Source: a virus
Taxonomy: Duplodnaviria; Caudoviricetes
Length of the DNA stretch: 64,000 nt
IMG/VR virus record: IMGVR_UViG_3300032007_000037
Coordinates: 67,167-131,166 of that record
Direction: 5' to 3' (one strand)
Shown here: positions 19,157 through 27,868 of the stretch, piece after piece
Numbering within the stretch: the first letter of the stretch is position 1
Layout: each line of letters starts with the position of its first letter
The notes under the pieces: generated by a model
Database searches by the model: none
What the model saw: the letters and a program-made list of their open reading frames with translations, nothing else
What the model was told of the DNA's origin: nothing
Made by a program: the position numbers and the translations under genes

Positions 19157-20057
19157 CAAAATAGGACTCCTTACATGGAAACATGTATGTAAAATCGCAA
19201 ATAACGGTGAACAGATGAACGCCGTGATGGTATGGTTACATACCTTCCTAGAGACTACTAATGCGGGCCTAAACAATAACAGTTGTACGTTATTGCATGG
19301 TCAAGGAATAGCCCACAAGTTATATAATTAACAAATACATAGAATATGAGAACTAGAAAAGTGCAGTATTGTCCCATTTGTGGGAGAAGAAATACTGATG
19401 AATTTGCAGATGGTTATTGCAAGAAACACAAAACCCAGTTAGATAAATATGGGAAAGTACTCGATTGCAATCCTAGGACAAAGTATGACCCCAATGAGTT
19501 TCGTTTCATTGGAAATAGGGTGGAATTTGATACGTATAGCCTCCCAACTAATAATGTGAATCAAACATACATTATTGATGCAGAGGATTATCCGAAAGTA
19601 AGCCAGTATAAATGGCAGACTTTAAGCACTGGATATGCAGGAACAAGAAATCCTGACACTAAAAAGATTATGCTATTGCATAGATTTGTTATGGATGCTA
19701 AACCTGGACAAGAAGTTGACCATATAAATCAGGATATTAGGGACAATAGGAAGGAAAACCTTAGATATGCTGAAAATGGTCTTAACGTAGCAAACAGAAG
19801 ACCTTATAACATCCTTCAGTTAAAAGGGGTAGAACAACAAAAGAGTGGAAAATATAGTGCCTATGTACGAAGGGAGGGAAAACAGTATCATTCCAATGTA
19901 TATGACACTATAGAAGAGGCTCAGTTTGCACGTTATATCTTAGAACAAATGGTATATCCAGAGGGGTTAACCCAAGGTTCCGTTATTAATTTAACTGAAG
20001 AGAAAAAACTGCAAATTATCAACCAATTAACTCATAAATTTGTTAAGTTATGACTAG
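19157..20057 (+). mobile_element. group I intron (901 nt) in polA motif B
   Basis: P1 GAGUU/GACUC. P10 CAAAAUAG pairs with exon-2 CUGUUUUG. P AUAACGGUGAA, Q AACGCCGUG, R UAGAGACUA, S AAGGAAUAGCCC, terminal G20057. Splicing gives AKGPEFCFAYAG (KxxxFxxxY). Confidence 0.9.
19346..20053 (+). CDS. intron-encoded HNH homing endonuclease with AP2-like C-terminal domain
   Basis: LHRFVM..VDHINQDIRDNRKENLR and GV..KSGKYSAYV..YDTIEEAQFAR. N-terminal CxxC..CxxH. Confidence 0.88.
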   Translation: MRTRKVQYCPICGRRNTDEFADGYCKKHKTQLDKYGKVLDCNPRTKYDPNEFRFIGNRVEFDTYSLPTNNVNQTYIIDAEDYPKVSQYKWQTLSTGYAGTRNPDTKKIMLLHRFVMDAKPGQEVDHINQDIRDNRKENLRYAENGLNVANRRPYNILQLKGVEQQKSGKYSAYVRREGKQYHSNVYDTIEEAQFARYILEQMVYPEGLTQGSVINLTEEKKLQIINQLTHKFVKL

Positions 20058-20832
20058 CTGTTTTGCATATGCAGGCAATGACAGTACCTTGGTTCAGCAA
20101 TATGGTATGGATAAGGAAGTAGCCAAGAGCATCTATGATAACTATATGAAAGGTTTTCCAGGAATAGCAAAATTCCAGGAAAAACAGAAGAAATTTGTAG
20201 TAGATAATGGCTATATTCTTATTTCTCCTGTTACAGGCCATAAAGCATTTTGGTGGGACTGGAAATGGTGGTGTAAAATAGAGAAGTCTCAGGATAAAGA
20301 ATTTTGGGAAGAATACAGAATGTATCATAAAGGAACAGGAGATGAGGTTGCAAGAAAGGTTTCCAAGCATTTTAAGGCCAAGACCAAATGGGAGAAAAAT
20401 GCCTGTAACTCACCTCTACAGGGCTGTGGGGCTATTATCTTTAAGAAGTTCAACAAGAGGCTCTTTGACTGGATAGTAGACAATGGTTATTTTAATATAG
20501 TTAAGCTTTGTATTCCAGTCCATGATGAAACTAATGTAGAAGCACCTGCTAAAATAGGAGAACTTGTAAAAGACACTATTCAGACTATCATGCGAGAAGA
20601 GGCTAAGCCATTTCTGCATACTTTGGCACTTGATGCAGATGAATCACGTTTCAGTGTGTGCATTAAGGATTATGTTTATGAGGGAGAGACTGTTGCTCAT
20701 CAGGGAGATATTGTCTGTATCAATGAGGAATCATTCCACAATGTTACAGAAGACAAGAGATATTCTATTGCCATAAAGGATAAATCCTGCTTTGACTCTA
20801 AAGGCCCCTTGCCTACATATTGGATTCACTAA
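20058..20832 (+). CDS. polA: family A DNA polymerase, exon 2
   Basis: FAYAG, FPGI, NSPLQGCGA and motif C VHDE. Confidence 0.92.
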
Positions 20833-20850
20833 TAACCAAAAACAAAACAG

Positions 20851-21054
20851 ATGAAAGCAAGTAATACTCCCGTAGTAATTTCACTCACTAAAGATGAAGT
20901 GGAGGCTTTGGCAGATTTTTGTAATGATAACCTATTAGTAGGTTCAGTATTAATAACTCAGTCATCAGAATCTGGTATAGGTCTTACTACCAAAGTAATG
21001 GTTAAGGATTTGCCAGAGACTATGACTGATATAACAGATTTTAAATCATGGTAA
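20851..21054 (+). CDS. hypothetical protein
   Basis: 67-aa ORF with SGIG and DITDFKSW motifs. Confidence 0.65.
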   Translation: MKASNTPVVISLTKDEVEALADFCNDNLLVGSVLITQSSESGIGLTTKVMVKDLPETMTDITDFKSW

Positions 21055-21097
21055 TATGGGATGCAAAAATAAACCAACATTATAATAGTGTAGAATT

Positions 21098-21559
21098 ATG
21101 TTAATAGAAGTAAAAGTTAAAGTCGTAAGAGTCATTGATGAGAAGACAAGAAAGAAAAGTGAAAACTATCTTGTTGAGAATTGTGAACTCTTTGTAGAAG
21201 CCGAGAACAAAGTGATGAGCGAGCTTGTTGAAGAGAAAAAATCGCACCTTCTCGAAGACTTTGAGATTCAATCTCTTAAGATTTCTCAGATTAAAGAAGT
21301 ATATACCCAATACACTGGTGATACCACCTTTGTCGTCACATTGAAGGACATCTTCCTTGAAACTGATGGTACTGAAAAGGTAACAAAGTACAAAATATTG
21401 TTGTGGGCTAAAGATGTGGCTGAGGCTACTAAACGTGCTACAGAACTTGCTAAGCAAGGCTATGACATGGTTATTGAAAGTATTAAAGAAGCAAATTATA
21501 CATACTTAAATAGCGAAGACAATGCAGGAACAAGTGACAGCACAGAAGCAGAAGCCTGA
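21098..21559 (+). CDS. DUF4494-like protein
   Basis: Two internal repeats (K..E.YLV...FVEAE and K..KYKILLWA....EA) and a terminal IESIKE, resembling Bacteroidota DUF4494. Confidence 0.65.
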   Translation: MLIEVKVKVVRVIDEKTRKKSENYLVENCELFVEAENKVMSELVEEKKSHLLEDFEIQSLKISQIKEVYTQYTGDTTFVVTLKDIFLETDGTEKVTKYKILLWAKDVAEATKRATELAKQGYDMVIESIKEANYTYLNSEDNAGTSDSTEAEA

Positions 21560-21809
21560 TATGGTAAATCATCCTCCTCACTATTCTTGGCTTAAAGAGG
21601 TATGTGGTGTTGAAGTAATAGACATTGTCCGTCACATGGATTTTGACTTAGGCAATGCCACTAAATACATTCTTAGATGTGGACGTAAGGAAGATGCAGA
21701 TAAGACTCTTAAAGAAAAGATGATTGAGGATCTACAGAAAGCAATGTGGTATATTAATGATAAAATAAAAACATTACAAGATGGCAAAACCGAAGATTGC
21801 AACCCATGA
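21522..21809 (+). CDS. DUF3310 (T7 gp1.7-like nucleotide kinase) protein
   Basis: DMVNHPPHY, EVIDI, GNATKYILRCGRK and EDLQKAMWY motifs. Confidence 0.85.
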   Translation: MQEQVTAQKQKPDMVNHPPHYSWLKEVCGVEVIDIVRHMDFDLGNATKYILRCGRKEDADKTLKEKMIEDLQKAMWYINDKIKTLQDGKTEDCNP

Positions 21810-22353
21810 TAGTGCGACTGGTGAAAAAGCCAAGAACTTTTTGTCATGGATAATGATTCCTTTTGCAAGGACTCAAAGTAAAACGATTAAAGAACAATAT
21901 GAAGCTGGTGCTAGAATGTTTGATCTTCGTATTAGAAAGAGTAAAAACATATGGCACATGGCTCATGGATTGTTTATGACTAAGAAGACATTTGTTGATA
22001 TTCTTAAGGAACTATCTTCTTTTGGAGAAACATGCTATATTCTTGTTACCTATGAAGGAAAGCTAGTAGAAGAAGAGGAGCTAGCAAAGTTTATCAGTCA
22101 AGTAAATTATCTTAAGGAGACTTATCCAAAAATCAAATGGGGCCCAGTTGCTGTAAAGTATACAGACAATGATGCTGTAGTAGACTGGAAAACCATCTTG
22201 CCTGCAAAGTTCCCAAAGAATGAACAGGCATTCCTACCCCTTGATGGTAAGCATTGGCAAACGCTCCTTCCAATTCCTTGGTTTTGGAAACAGTTCTATT
22301 TTAAGCATGTAGAATTTGATACAGATATTTATAAGTTTGTAGATTTCTTATAA
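21781..22353 (+). CDS. PI-PLC X-domain-like phosphodiesterase
   Basis: THDS, ARTQSKTIKEQYEAGARMFDLRIR and MAHG; both catalytic His positions are present. Confidence 0.75.
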   Translation: MAKPKIATHDSATGEKAKNFLSWIMIPFARTQSKTIKEQYEAGARMFDLRIRKSKNIWHMAHGLFMTKKTFVDILKELSSFGETCYILVTYEGKLVEEEELAKFISQVNYLKETYPKIKWGPVAVKYTDNDAVVDWKTILPAKFPKNEQAFLPLDGKHWQTLLPIPWFWKQFYFKHVEFDTDIYKFVDFL

Positions 22354-22367
22354 GTAGAGAAAGAAGT

Positions 22368-22403
22368 GGAGTTAAGCCCTGAACAGGGGCTTAGCTCTTT
22401 TTT
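22368..22403 (+). terminator. intrinsic terminator
   Basis: Hairpin gagttaagccct/aggggcttagctc followed by a T-run. Confidence 0.8.
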
Positions 22404-22427
22404 AACACACTGTAATAGATATTCAAA

Positions 22428-22598
22428 ATGACACAGAAAGAGAAGATAAGGGAGAGCCTGATGTTCGCAAATAAAGTGAAGGCTCTTGCTGAAAGCATAC
22501 TTCGTGAAGGCAATGACTATGATATGCAATGGCATAAAAGCTATTGTAAGCAGTTAAGAGAGGCCAGCGAATCAATCCTAAAGAAACTATATTCCTAA
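22428..22598 (+). CDS. small hypothetical protein (56 aa, below ORF-track cutoff)
   Basis: MTQKEKIRESLMFANKV...ILKKLYS. Fills the gap before 22603. Confidence 0.6.
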   Translation: MTQKEKIRESLMFANKVKALAESILREGNDYDMQWHKSYCKQLREASESILKKLYS

Positions 22599-22602
22599 GC
22601 TT

Positions 22603-22959
22603 ATGGATAATGAGTTAAATGAAAAAATAAATGCCTTGTGTAAACTTTCTATAGAAGTAAAAGATGGTTGTATTAAGTACCTTACGGACATTCTTCACAA
22701 AAACGGCAATAAGATAAACTGGAGGAATAATGATGATATAGAAGAATCTGTAACAGTATCATATGATGGAGGCAATCATCCTGAATATGCCAGTAATGTG
22801 TACTCTACTGTATATGGGGTAGAAATTGATGAAAGAGGCTTTATAACCCTTGATACAGAGGACTGTAGTGAGTATGATATTTCATATGTGCCTACAATGG
22901 AACTCATTGATATATGTTCCTTTGTAGACAGTTATCAGGAAGAATTAAATCTTAAATAA
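22603..22959 (+). CDS. hypothetical protein
   Basis: 118-aa acidic ORF containing YDGGNHPEYASN. Confidence 0.7.
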   Translation: MDNELNEKINALCKLSIEVKDGCIKYLTDILHKNGNKINWRNNDDIEESVTVSYDGGNHPEYASNVYSTVYGVEIDERGFITLDTEDCSEYDISYVPTMELIDICSFVDSYQEELNLK

Positions 22960-22964
22960 TAATC

Positions 22965-23018
22965 ATGGGCTGTAATTATTATGCAAAAATTATTCCTTCA
23001 AAAGAGCAGAAAGTATGA
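22965..23018 (+). pseudogene. 5' stub paralogous to the gene at 25819
   Basis: MGCNYYAKIIPSKEQKV* versus MSCNYYAHIIPSKERKK; 35/41 nt identical by hand count. Confidence 0.75.
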
Positions 23019-23148
23019 AAGAAAAAGAATATACCATTACATTAACAGGGGGTCAAATGAGACTCATGGCTGATGCTATTGAGGATTGGAGTAGATTTCT
23101 TTAACCTGTCCTGAGCAAGGCCCTCTAATAAGAATTAAACAAATTTAG
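23015..23148 (+). pseudogene. probable internally deleted gene
   Basis: N-terminal fragment MKEKEYTITLTGGQMRLMADAIEDWSRFL* is followed by an out-of-frame tail LTCPEQGPLIRIKQI*. Confidence 0.45.
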
Positions 23149-23181
23149 TATACTTTTCTTAAAATCAAACGAATTGTAAAT

Positions 23182-23427
23182 ATGGAAATAAGCCTTCAAT
23201 TTAATAAAACAACTGTTAGTTTATCTTTCAATGAGAATATAACTGATTTTGCAGATATTGACATCATGATTGACAACAATAATGAGAATGGAGATCCTGG
23301 TGTAGGTTTTCTCAGATTAAGAGAACATGAAGCAGAGTATTTAGCCCAAGTTATCATGCGCTATGTTGGGCTAAATAGAAAGGACAATGAGAGGTTCAAT
23401 GCTGACCAAGTAAAGAAGATTAATTGA
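23182..23427 (+). CDS. hypothetical protein
   Basis: 81-aa ORF. Confidence 0.6.
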   Translation: MEISLQFNKTTVSLSFNENITDFADIDIMIDNNNENGDPGVGFLRLREHEAEYLAQVIMRYVGLNRKDNERFNADQVKKIN

Positions 23428-23472
23428 TATGGTTAAAACAAAAGATACTGGAAATATAAGTGATAAGTAATT

Positions 23473-23655
23473 ATGAAATTAAGAATAACTTATAGAGTAG
23501 AATCCTATGTTGAAGGAGATACTATAGAAGAATGTAGAGCAAAGTTTGAATGCTCTGACTTATGCCCTGCTGAATTTGTAGAATTAATATCTGTAGAAGA
23601 TGCTGACACTTATAAGGATGTAAAAGATAAATGGGATTCTAGGGTTTATAAATAA
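23473..23655 (+). CDS. hypothetical protein
   Basis: 60-aa ORF with TAATTATG start context. Confidence 0.65.
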   Translation: MKLRITYRVESYVEGDTIEECRAKFECSDLCPAEFVELISVEDADTYKDVKDKWDSRVYK

Positions 23656-23670
23656 CTAAAAAGTATAATT

Positions 23671-23961
23671 ATGTATCAAGTAACAGTACATCACCATGAC
23701 AAAGATTGGGTCAGAGGTGATTTGGAAGATAAGTTTGAGCTGATTGCTCAGGAGAATTTTAAAAAAAGAGCAGCTGCTAAAGAGTTTATGGAAAAAGATG
23801 TTTCCAGAAGACGTTGCAGTGTAATCTATAGAGATTATCATAAAGGAGATAAGCCTAGTTATATATTTGCTTATACAGGAGTTGAGTGGCAGCATGAGAA
23901 CTCTGGTGAAACAATGAGAGAGTATTATGAGTACTCATTGAAGAAAACTAAACTGAGATAA
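23671..23961 (+). CDS. hypothetical protein
   Basis: 96-aa ORF with TAATTATG start context. Confidence 0.65.
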   Translation: MYQVTVHHHDKDWVRGDLEDKFELIAQENFKKRAAAKEFMEKDVSRRRCSVIYRDYHKGDKPSYIFAYTGVEWQHENSGETMREYYEYSLKKTKLR

Positions 23962-23962
23962 T

Positions 23963-24124
23963 ATGGAAGATTATGAGATTATAGGTTGGCCTGATATTCA
24001 GGCTTTCATGGATTTGGATGGCTTTGATGATAATGCTACTTTGATAGAGCCCAATGATTCTATAGGTATTGGCAGTAGTACTTATCTGGTAGATAAAGAA
24101 TGGTTAGAGTCTTTAGGTGAATAA
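23963..24124 (+). CDS. small hypothetical protein (53 aa, below ORF-track cutoff)
   Basis: MEDYEIIGWPDIQAFMDLDGF...GSSTYLVDKEWL. Fills the gap exactly. Confidence 0.65.
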   Translation: MEDYEIIGWPDIQAFMDLDGFDDNATLIEPNDSIGIGSSTYLVDKEWLESLGE

Positions 24125-24129
24125 TTGCT

Positions 24130-24372
24130 ATGGCAAAGAAAGCTTATTTAGTAACTTTCACTACTACAACAAGAGTAGTAGTTGATATTCCAGAAGAGTT
24201 TAATCCTAATAACTGCAATCTTGCAATAAAAGAGCATGAGGAAGCTTATGATTCCATTATAAGAGAAGCAAGGGAGAACATTTTGGAAAACCCTGAAAAC
24301 TACATCTATGGAGATAATGCGGAGATTAACGAGGATATAGAATGTCCTTATGGAACCTTTGAAGAAGACTAA
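24130..24372 (+). CDS. hypothetical protein
   Basis: 80-aa ORF with TRVVVD and EDIECPYG. Confidence 0.7.
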   Translation: MAKKAYLVTFTTTTRVVVDIPEEFNPNNCNLAIKEHEEAYDSIIREARENILENPENYIYGDNAEINEDIECPYGTFEED

Positions 24373-24375
24373 ATT

Positions 24376-24588
24376 ATGAAAAAATCGTTTGTAATAACCG
24401 AAGTTTCTAGAGAAGACTTGGAAGAATTGGGATTTGATACTTCAGAAGTATCAGATGAAACTATGGAAAGATTAGCTAGTAAACTGGCTGATGACTATTG
24501 TGAACAGCTTTTTTGGACTAGTTTGGATATTATTGCTGAGTATATGAAAATACCTAAAAAAGCCCAAAGAGATTCTGGAATGGGATGA
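24376..24588 (+). CDS. hypothetical protein
   Basis: 70-aa acidic ORF (VSREDL..GFD, LADDYCEQLFW). Confidence 0.7.
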   Translation: MKKSFVITEVSREDLEELGFDTSEVSDETMERLASKLADDYCEQLFWTSLDIIAEYMKIPKKAQRDSGMG

Positions 24589-24625
24589 AGATAACCAAGA
24601 AGTAATACTATAATATTAAATAATT

Positions 24626-25189
24626 ATGGCAAATATGGCAAGTGTGGCTTATGCTATTGAAGGGCCACAAAAAGATTTAGAAAAAATCATGGGGGCCATT
24701 TGTCTGGCAATGACAGATAAAAAGCACTGGACTGAGTATAAAGCTTGTGAACATCTTGGTTTCAGTGAGCAGGAACTAGATAACAAGAGGCTTGGAGGTG
24801 AAATTGATAGTGATCCTACCTTAGAGAATGGAGTACTCAGATTCTATGCTGAAGAGAGATGGGGCTTGCAAGACTTTGAAGAGGTACTCAGAAAGAAGTT
24901 TCCTGATATTAAGGTCTATTGGGTTGTAGAGGAGCCTGGATGTGAGGTTTATTGTACCAATGACAAAGAAGGGAAGTATTTCCCTGAGAGATACTGGGTA
25001 GATACCGCTAAAGATGATATCTATGTGTCTGAGTACTTTAAAACTGAAGAGCAAGTATATAAGTGGCTTAATGAGAAGTATGGAGTTAAGTCAAAGGAGG
25101 AAGTAGAAGCCTGGAATGCTGGCTATGAGGATACTGGAGATGAATGTGAGAACTTCATCTATATTCATAAATTTGATGTAGTAGATTGA
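24626..25189 (+). CDS. hypothetical protein (YubB/DUF1281-like)
   Basis: MAN......IEG start and VYWVVEEPGCEVYCTND motif. Confidence 0.55.
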   Translation: MANMASVAYAIEGPQKDLEKIMGAICLAMTDKKHWTEYKACEHLGFSEQELDNKRLGGEIDSDPTLENGVLRFYAEERWGLQDFEEVLRKKFPDIKVYWVVEEPGCEVYCTNDKEGKYFPERYWVDTAKDDIYVSEYFKTEEQVYKWLNEKYGVKSKEEVEAWNAGYEDTGDECENFIYIHKFDVVD

Positions 25190-25256
25190 CTTATGCAAAT
25201 TCCTGTTAGTAAATGCTTGATACAGGTACTATAACATTTTATAAGGAAGCATTAAG

Positions 25257-25745
25257 ATGAAGCCAAATGAAAAAAATCGTATAATGTGTCCTGACTGTGG
25301 AAGACCCAAGATGCAGTTTGAATCTGAGAAGAAAGCTCTAAACTTTATTAAATGGAATGCAGATGATTTTGAAAGTGGGGGTGAATCACTCAGAGCATAC
25401 TACTGTGAGGCTTGCTGTTGTTGGCACATATCACATAAACAGTATCGAAGTGGCTATGGTAAGGATCTTAATAATAAGATAGAAGCTTTTAAACAGCAAA
25501 AAAGTAGCAGTAATAAGAGACTGGATAAATTAATTCGTAGTTCAAACATTGAGCCTGCTATGCATCAAGCAGAAGAAATCTACTCTCAATTAGACCTAAA
25601 ATATCAGCCAAGAAAATCCCTCAGGGATATTATCAATGATTTTCTTAGGAATCATGAGGAGTACCAAGATTCTCCTACTTTGCGGAATGAAATAGCCCAT
25701 TTATACGATATTGACAGTAGAAAGAAAAAGAAGAATAAAATATGA
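25257..25745 (+). CDS. hypothetical zinc-binding protein
   Basis: CPDC..K..F.SE..A and RAYYCEACCCWHIS motifs. Confidence 0.65.
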   Translation: MKPNEKNRIMCPDCGRPKMQFESEKKALNFIKWNADDFESGGESLRAYYCEACCCWHISHKQYRSGYGKDLNNKIEAFKQQKSSSNKRLDKLIRSSNIEPAMHQAEEIYSQLDLKYQPRKSLRDIINDFLRNHEEYQDSPTLRNEIAHLYDIDSRKKKKNKI

Positions 25746-25822
25746 AACTAATAGAGAGTAAAGCAGGACATGTCCCTCAAGAAGAAGATTTTGAGGAAAT
25801 ATACAAAAATGGTTTAATATGA
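25742..25822 (+). pseudogene. 26-codon stub, possibly the 5' end of a flavin-dependent thymidylate synthase gene
   Basis: MKLIESKAGHVPQEEDFEEIYKNGLI*, overlapping both neighbours. The resemblance to phage ThyX N-termini is from memory. Confidence 0.35.
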
Positions 25823-26418
25823 GTTGTAATTATTATGCGCATATCATTCCTTCAAAAGAAAGGAAGAAGAAACTCCACGATGCTATAGAAGCTAATGACT
25901 TTCCTCTAATTAACAAACTAACGAATGAAATGTATGATCGCATTAGGGTTGAGTATGGAGAAGGTCATATTACTGGTGGAGTAGTACATCTGGGCAAGAG
26001 GTCATGTGGCTGGAAGTTCTTATGGAACCCTAATGTCTTTGTAATTAGAAATGGACACTTAGAAGATAATAATGGTATAAGGAGGTATGTTCCTGACCCA
26101 GACACTCCTCTATATACATACCCTCTTACCAAAAAAGGGCTTAAATCCTTTATTGATAAAGGGGATGTGCTTATTTATGATGAGTATAATGAGCTTCAAG
26201 ACAAAGAAATCTTTTGGGACATGGCTCTTAAATGGGGCTATGAGAAGGATAATGAAGGTTGGGATGCTGCATCCTATGACAGAAAGCGCACTTCCTATCC
26301 TGTCACTGGAGAACTTACTGATCTTCTTAAAAGGGAAGGATATAAGTTTACTTCCTACACTAACTCTGACTTCTATTCAGATGGTTTGAGATTTGCAGGA
26401 TTTATAGATTTTAGTTAA
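25819..26418 (+). CDS. hypothetical protein
   Basis: 199-aa ORF with NYY, HLGKRSCGWKFLW, IYDEY and a terminal DFS. Confidence 0.75.
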   Translation: MSCNYYAHIIPSKERKKKLHDAIEANDFPLINKLTNEMYDRIRVEYGEGHITGGVVHLGKRSCGWKFLWNPNVFVIRNGHLEDNNGIRRYVPDPDTPLYTYPLTKKGLKSFIDKGDVLIYDEYNELQDKEIFWDMALKWGYEKDNEGWDAASYDRKRTSYPVTGELTDLLKREGYKFTSYTNSDFYSDGLRFAGFIDFS

Positions 26419-26419
26419 T

Positions 26420-26782
26420 ATGAGTAGAAATGAAAGTATAACCCTATCCCCCAAACATGGGGTAAATCCCTCAGTGACTCACTGTGAGTGCTGTGGAAAA
26501 GAGATTGGTCTGGCTTTATTTGGCAGACTTAAAGGAGATGCAGAGGCTCCTCGTGATGTAGCAATGGGACTCTGTGATGACTGCAAGAAGGTCATTGATG
26601 CCCAAGGCTTAATGATTATTGAGGTCAGAGATGGTGAGACTGGTAAAAATCCATACAGAACAGGAAGACTTGTAGGTATTACAAAGGAAGCCAAGGAGAG
26701 GATGTTCAAGGATATTAAGTCTCCCATGTGCTATATGGAGCAATCTATGTTCAGTCCTATGTTTGGTCAATATTGTAAGTAA
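26420..26782 (+). CDS. hypothetical zinc-finger protein
   Basis: LSPKHGVNPS..CECCG..CDDC and RTGR. Confidence 0.75.
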   Translation: MSRNESITLSPKHGVNPSVTHCECCGKEIGLALFGRLKGDAEAPRDVAMGLCDDCKKVIDAQGLMIIEVRDGETGKNPYRTGRLVGITKEAKERMFKDIKSPMCYMEQSMFSPMFGQYCK

Positions 26783-26794
26783 AACAAAAAGAAA

Positions 26795-27451
26795 ATGACA
26801 GACAACTTTGATAGATACAGGGAGTTCATTAATCTTTGTGGTGGACTCCCTGACACTAATGAGAAAGGAACTCTTGACAAATACTATGTAATAGAGTTGA
26901 TGCGCAGAGGCAAGGATAATCCTGATATGCCTGCTGCTAACTATCACTTCAGGAACTACTACATCTACTCATGGTATGACTTGGAGAAGTATGAGGAGGA
27001 GATTAAATCCATCTGCACACTCTTGAAGATGAGAGCCTATTGCTCTGTAAACTACAAACTGATGTCTCAGGTGGCTCTTGACACTTTGGCAGAGTCAGCA
27101 AGAAGAATTGCAGCTCATGATTATAAGAAGTTCTACAACATCTTTGAGTCCTGTTCAGGTAAATATACTCCTTCGGGTAATAACCTATGGGTCATTGACT
27201 TGGATGGAGATTACTCTGAGGAAGCAATCAACAAATTGCACATCTACATTAACCTTCAGAAGTCAAAACATGCAGAGAAGGTAGTTTATCAGATGCCTAC
27301 AAAATATGGCTTGCATCTTATTTGTCATCCTTTTAACCTCCAAGAGTTTCAGAAGGGATTCAAGGCTCTTGAAGCTGCTACTTTTGGGGCATTCCTAGAG
27401 GCTCCTGATGTGAAGAAGAACCACCTGACATTGCTCTATGAGAATCTTTAA
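26795..27451 (+). CDS. archaeo-eukaryotic primase (AEP/Prim-Pol)-like protein
   Basis: WVIDLD (motif I), PTKYGLHLI (motif II) and a downstream PDVK (possible motif III). Confidence 0.55.
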   Translation: MTDNFDRYREFINLCGGLPDTNEKGTLDKYYVIELMRRGKDNPDMPAANYHFRNYYIYSWYDLEKYEEEIKSICTLLKMRAYCSVNYKLMSQVALDTLAESARRIAAHDYKKFYNIFESCSGKYTPSGNNLWVIDLDGDYSEEAINKLHIYINLQKSKHAEKVVYQMPTKYGLHLICHPFNLQEFQKGFKALEAATFGAFLEAPDVKKNHLTLLYENL

Positions 27452-27475
27452 AATCTAAGTAAAATCCTAAGAATT

Positions 27476-27841
27476 ATGGCAGAGTGGAGAGATGTTGTTT
27501 GGTGGGATGACTACCAAGTTAGTGATGAAGGTGAGATTGTCCGTAAGAAAGATGGTGTCATCATGAAACAGTATATCCAAAAGAGTGGTTATGCAGCTGT
27601 ATATCTAAGGAAAAATGGCTGGACATCAGCTGTTATGGTTCATCGGATAGTTGCCAAAGCATTTTTAAGAGATGACTTCAAAGATGATAAATGGATAGTA
27701 GACCATATTAATACTATTCGTCATGACAACAGGCTCTGCAATCTCAGAGTAGTAAATGCTTGGAGTAATGCTAATAACGAGACAACCAGACTGAATAGAA
27801 AGAAATCTAGGAAGAAGAAGAATGACTCTGATGAAAATTGA
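27476..27841 (+). CDS. free-standing NUMOD4-HNH endonuclease
   Basis: EWRDV..YQVSDEG, VHRIVAKAF and VDHINTIRHDNRLCNL. Confidence 0.85.
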   Translation: MAEWRDVVWWDDYQVSDEGEIVRKKDGVIMKQYIQKSGYAAVYLRKNGWTSAVMVHRIVAKAFLRDDFKDDKWIVDHINTIRHDNRLCNLRVVNAWSNANNETTRLNRKKSRKKKNDSDEN

Positions 27842-27868
27842 GAATTTTGTAACTATAAATTGAGAATT

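Noticed and set aside
11594-20832. ORF-track entries 11594, 13850 and 20050 as independent genes
   Set aside because: Their first codons are intron sequence. Splicing at U|..G| restores the conserved motifs of rIIB, UDG and PolA in frame.
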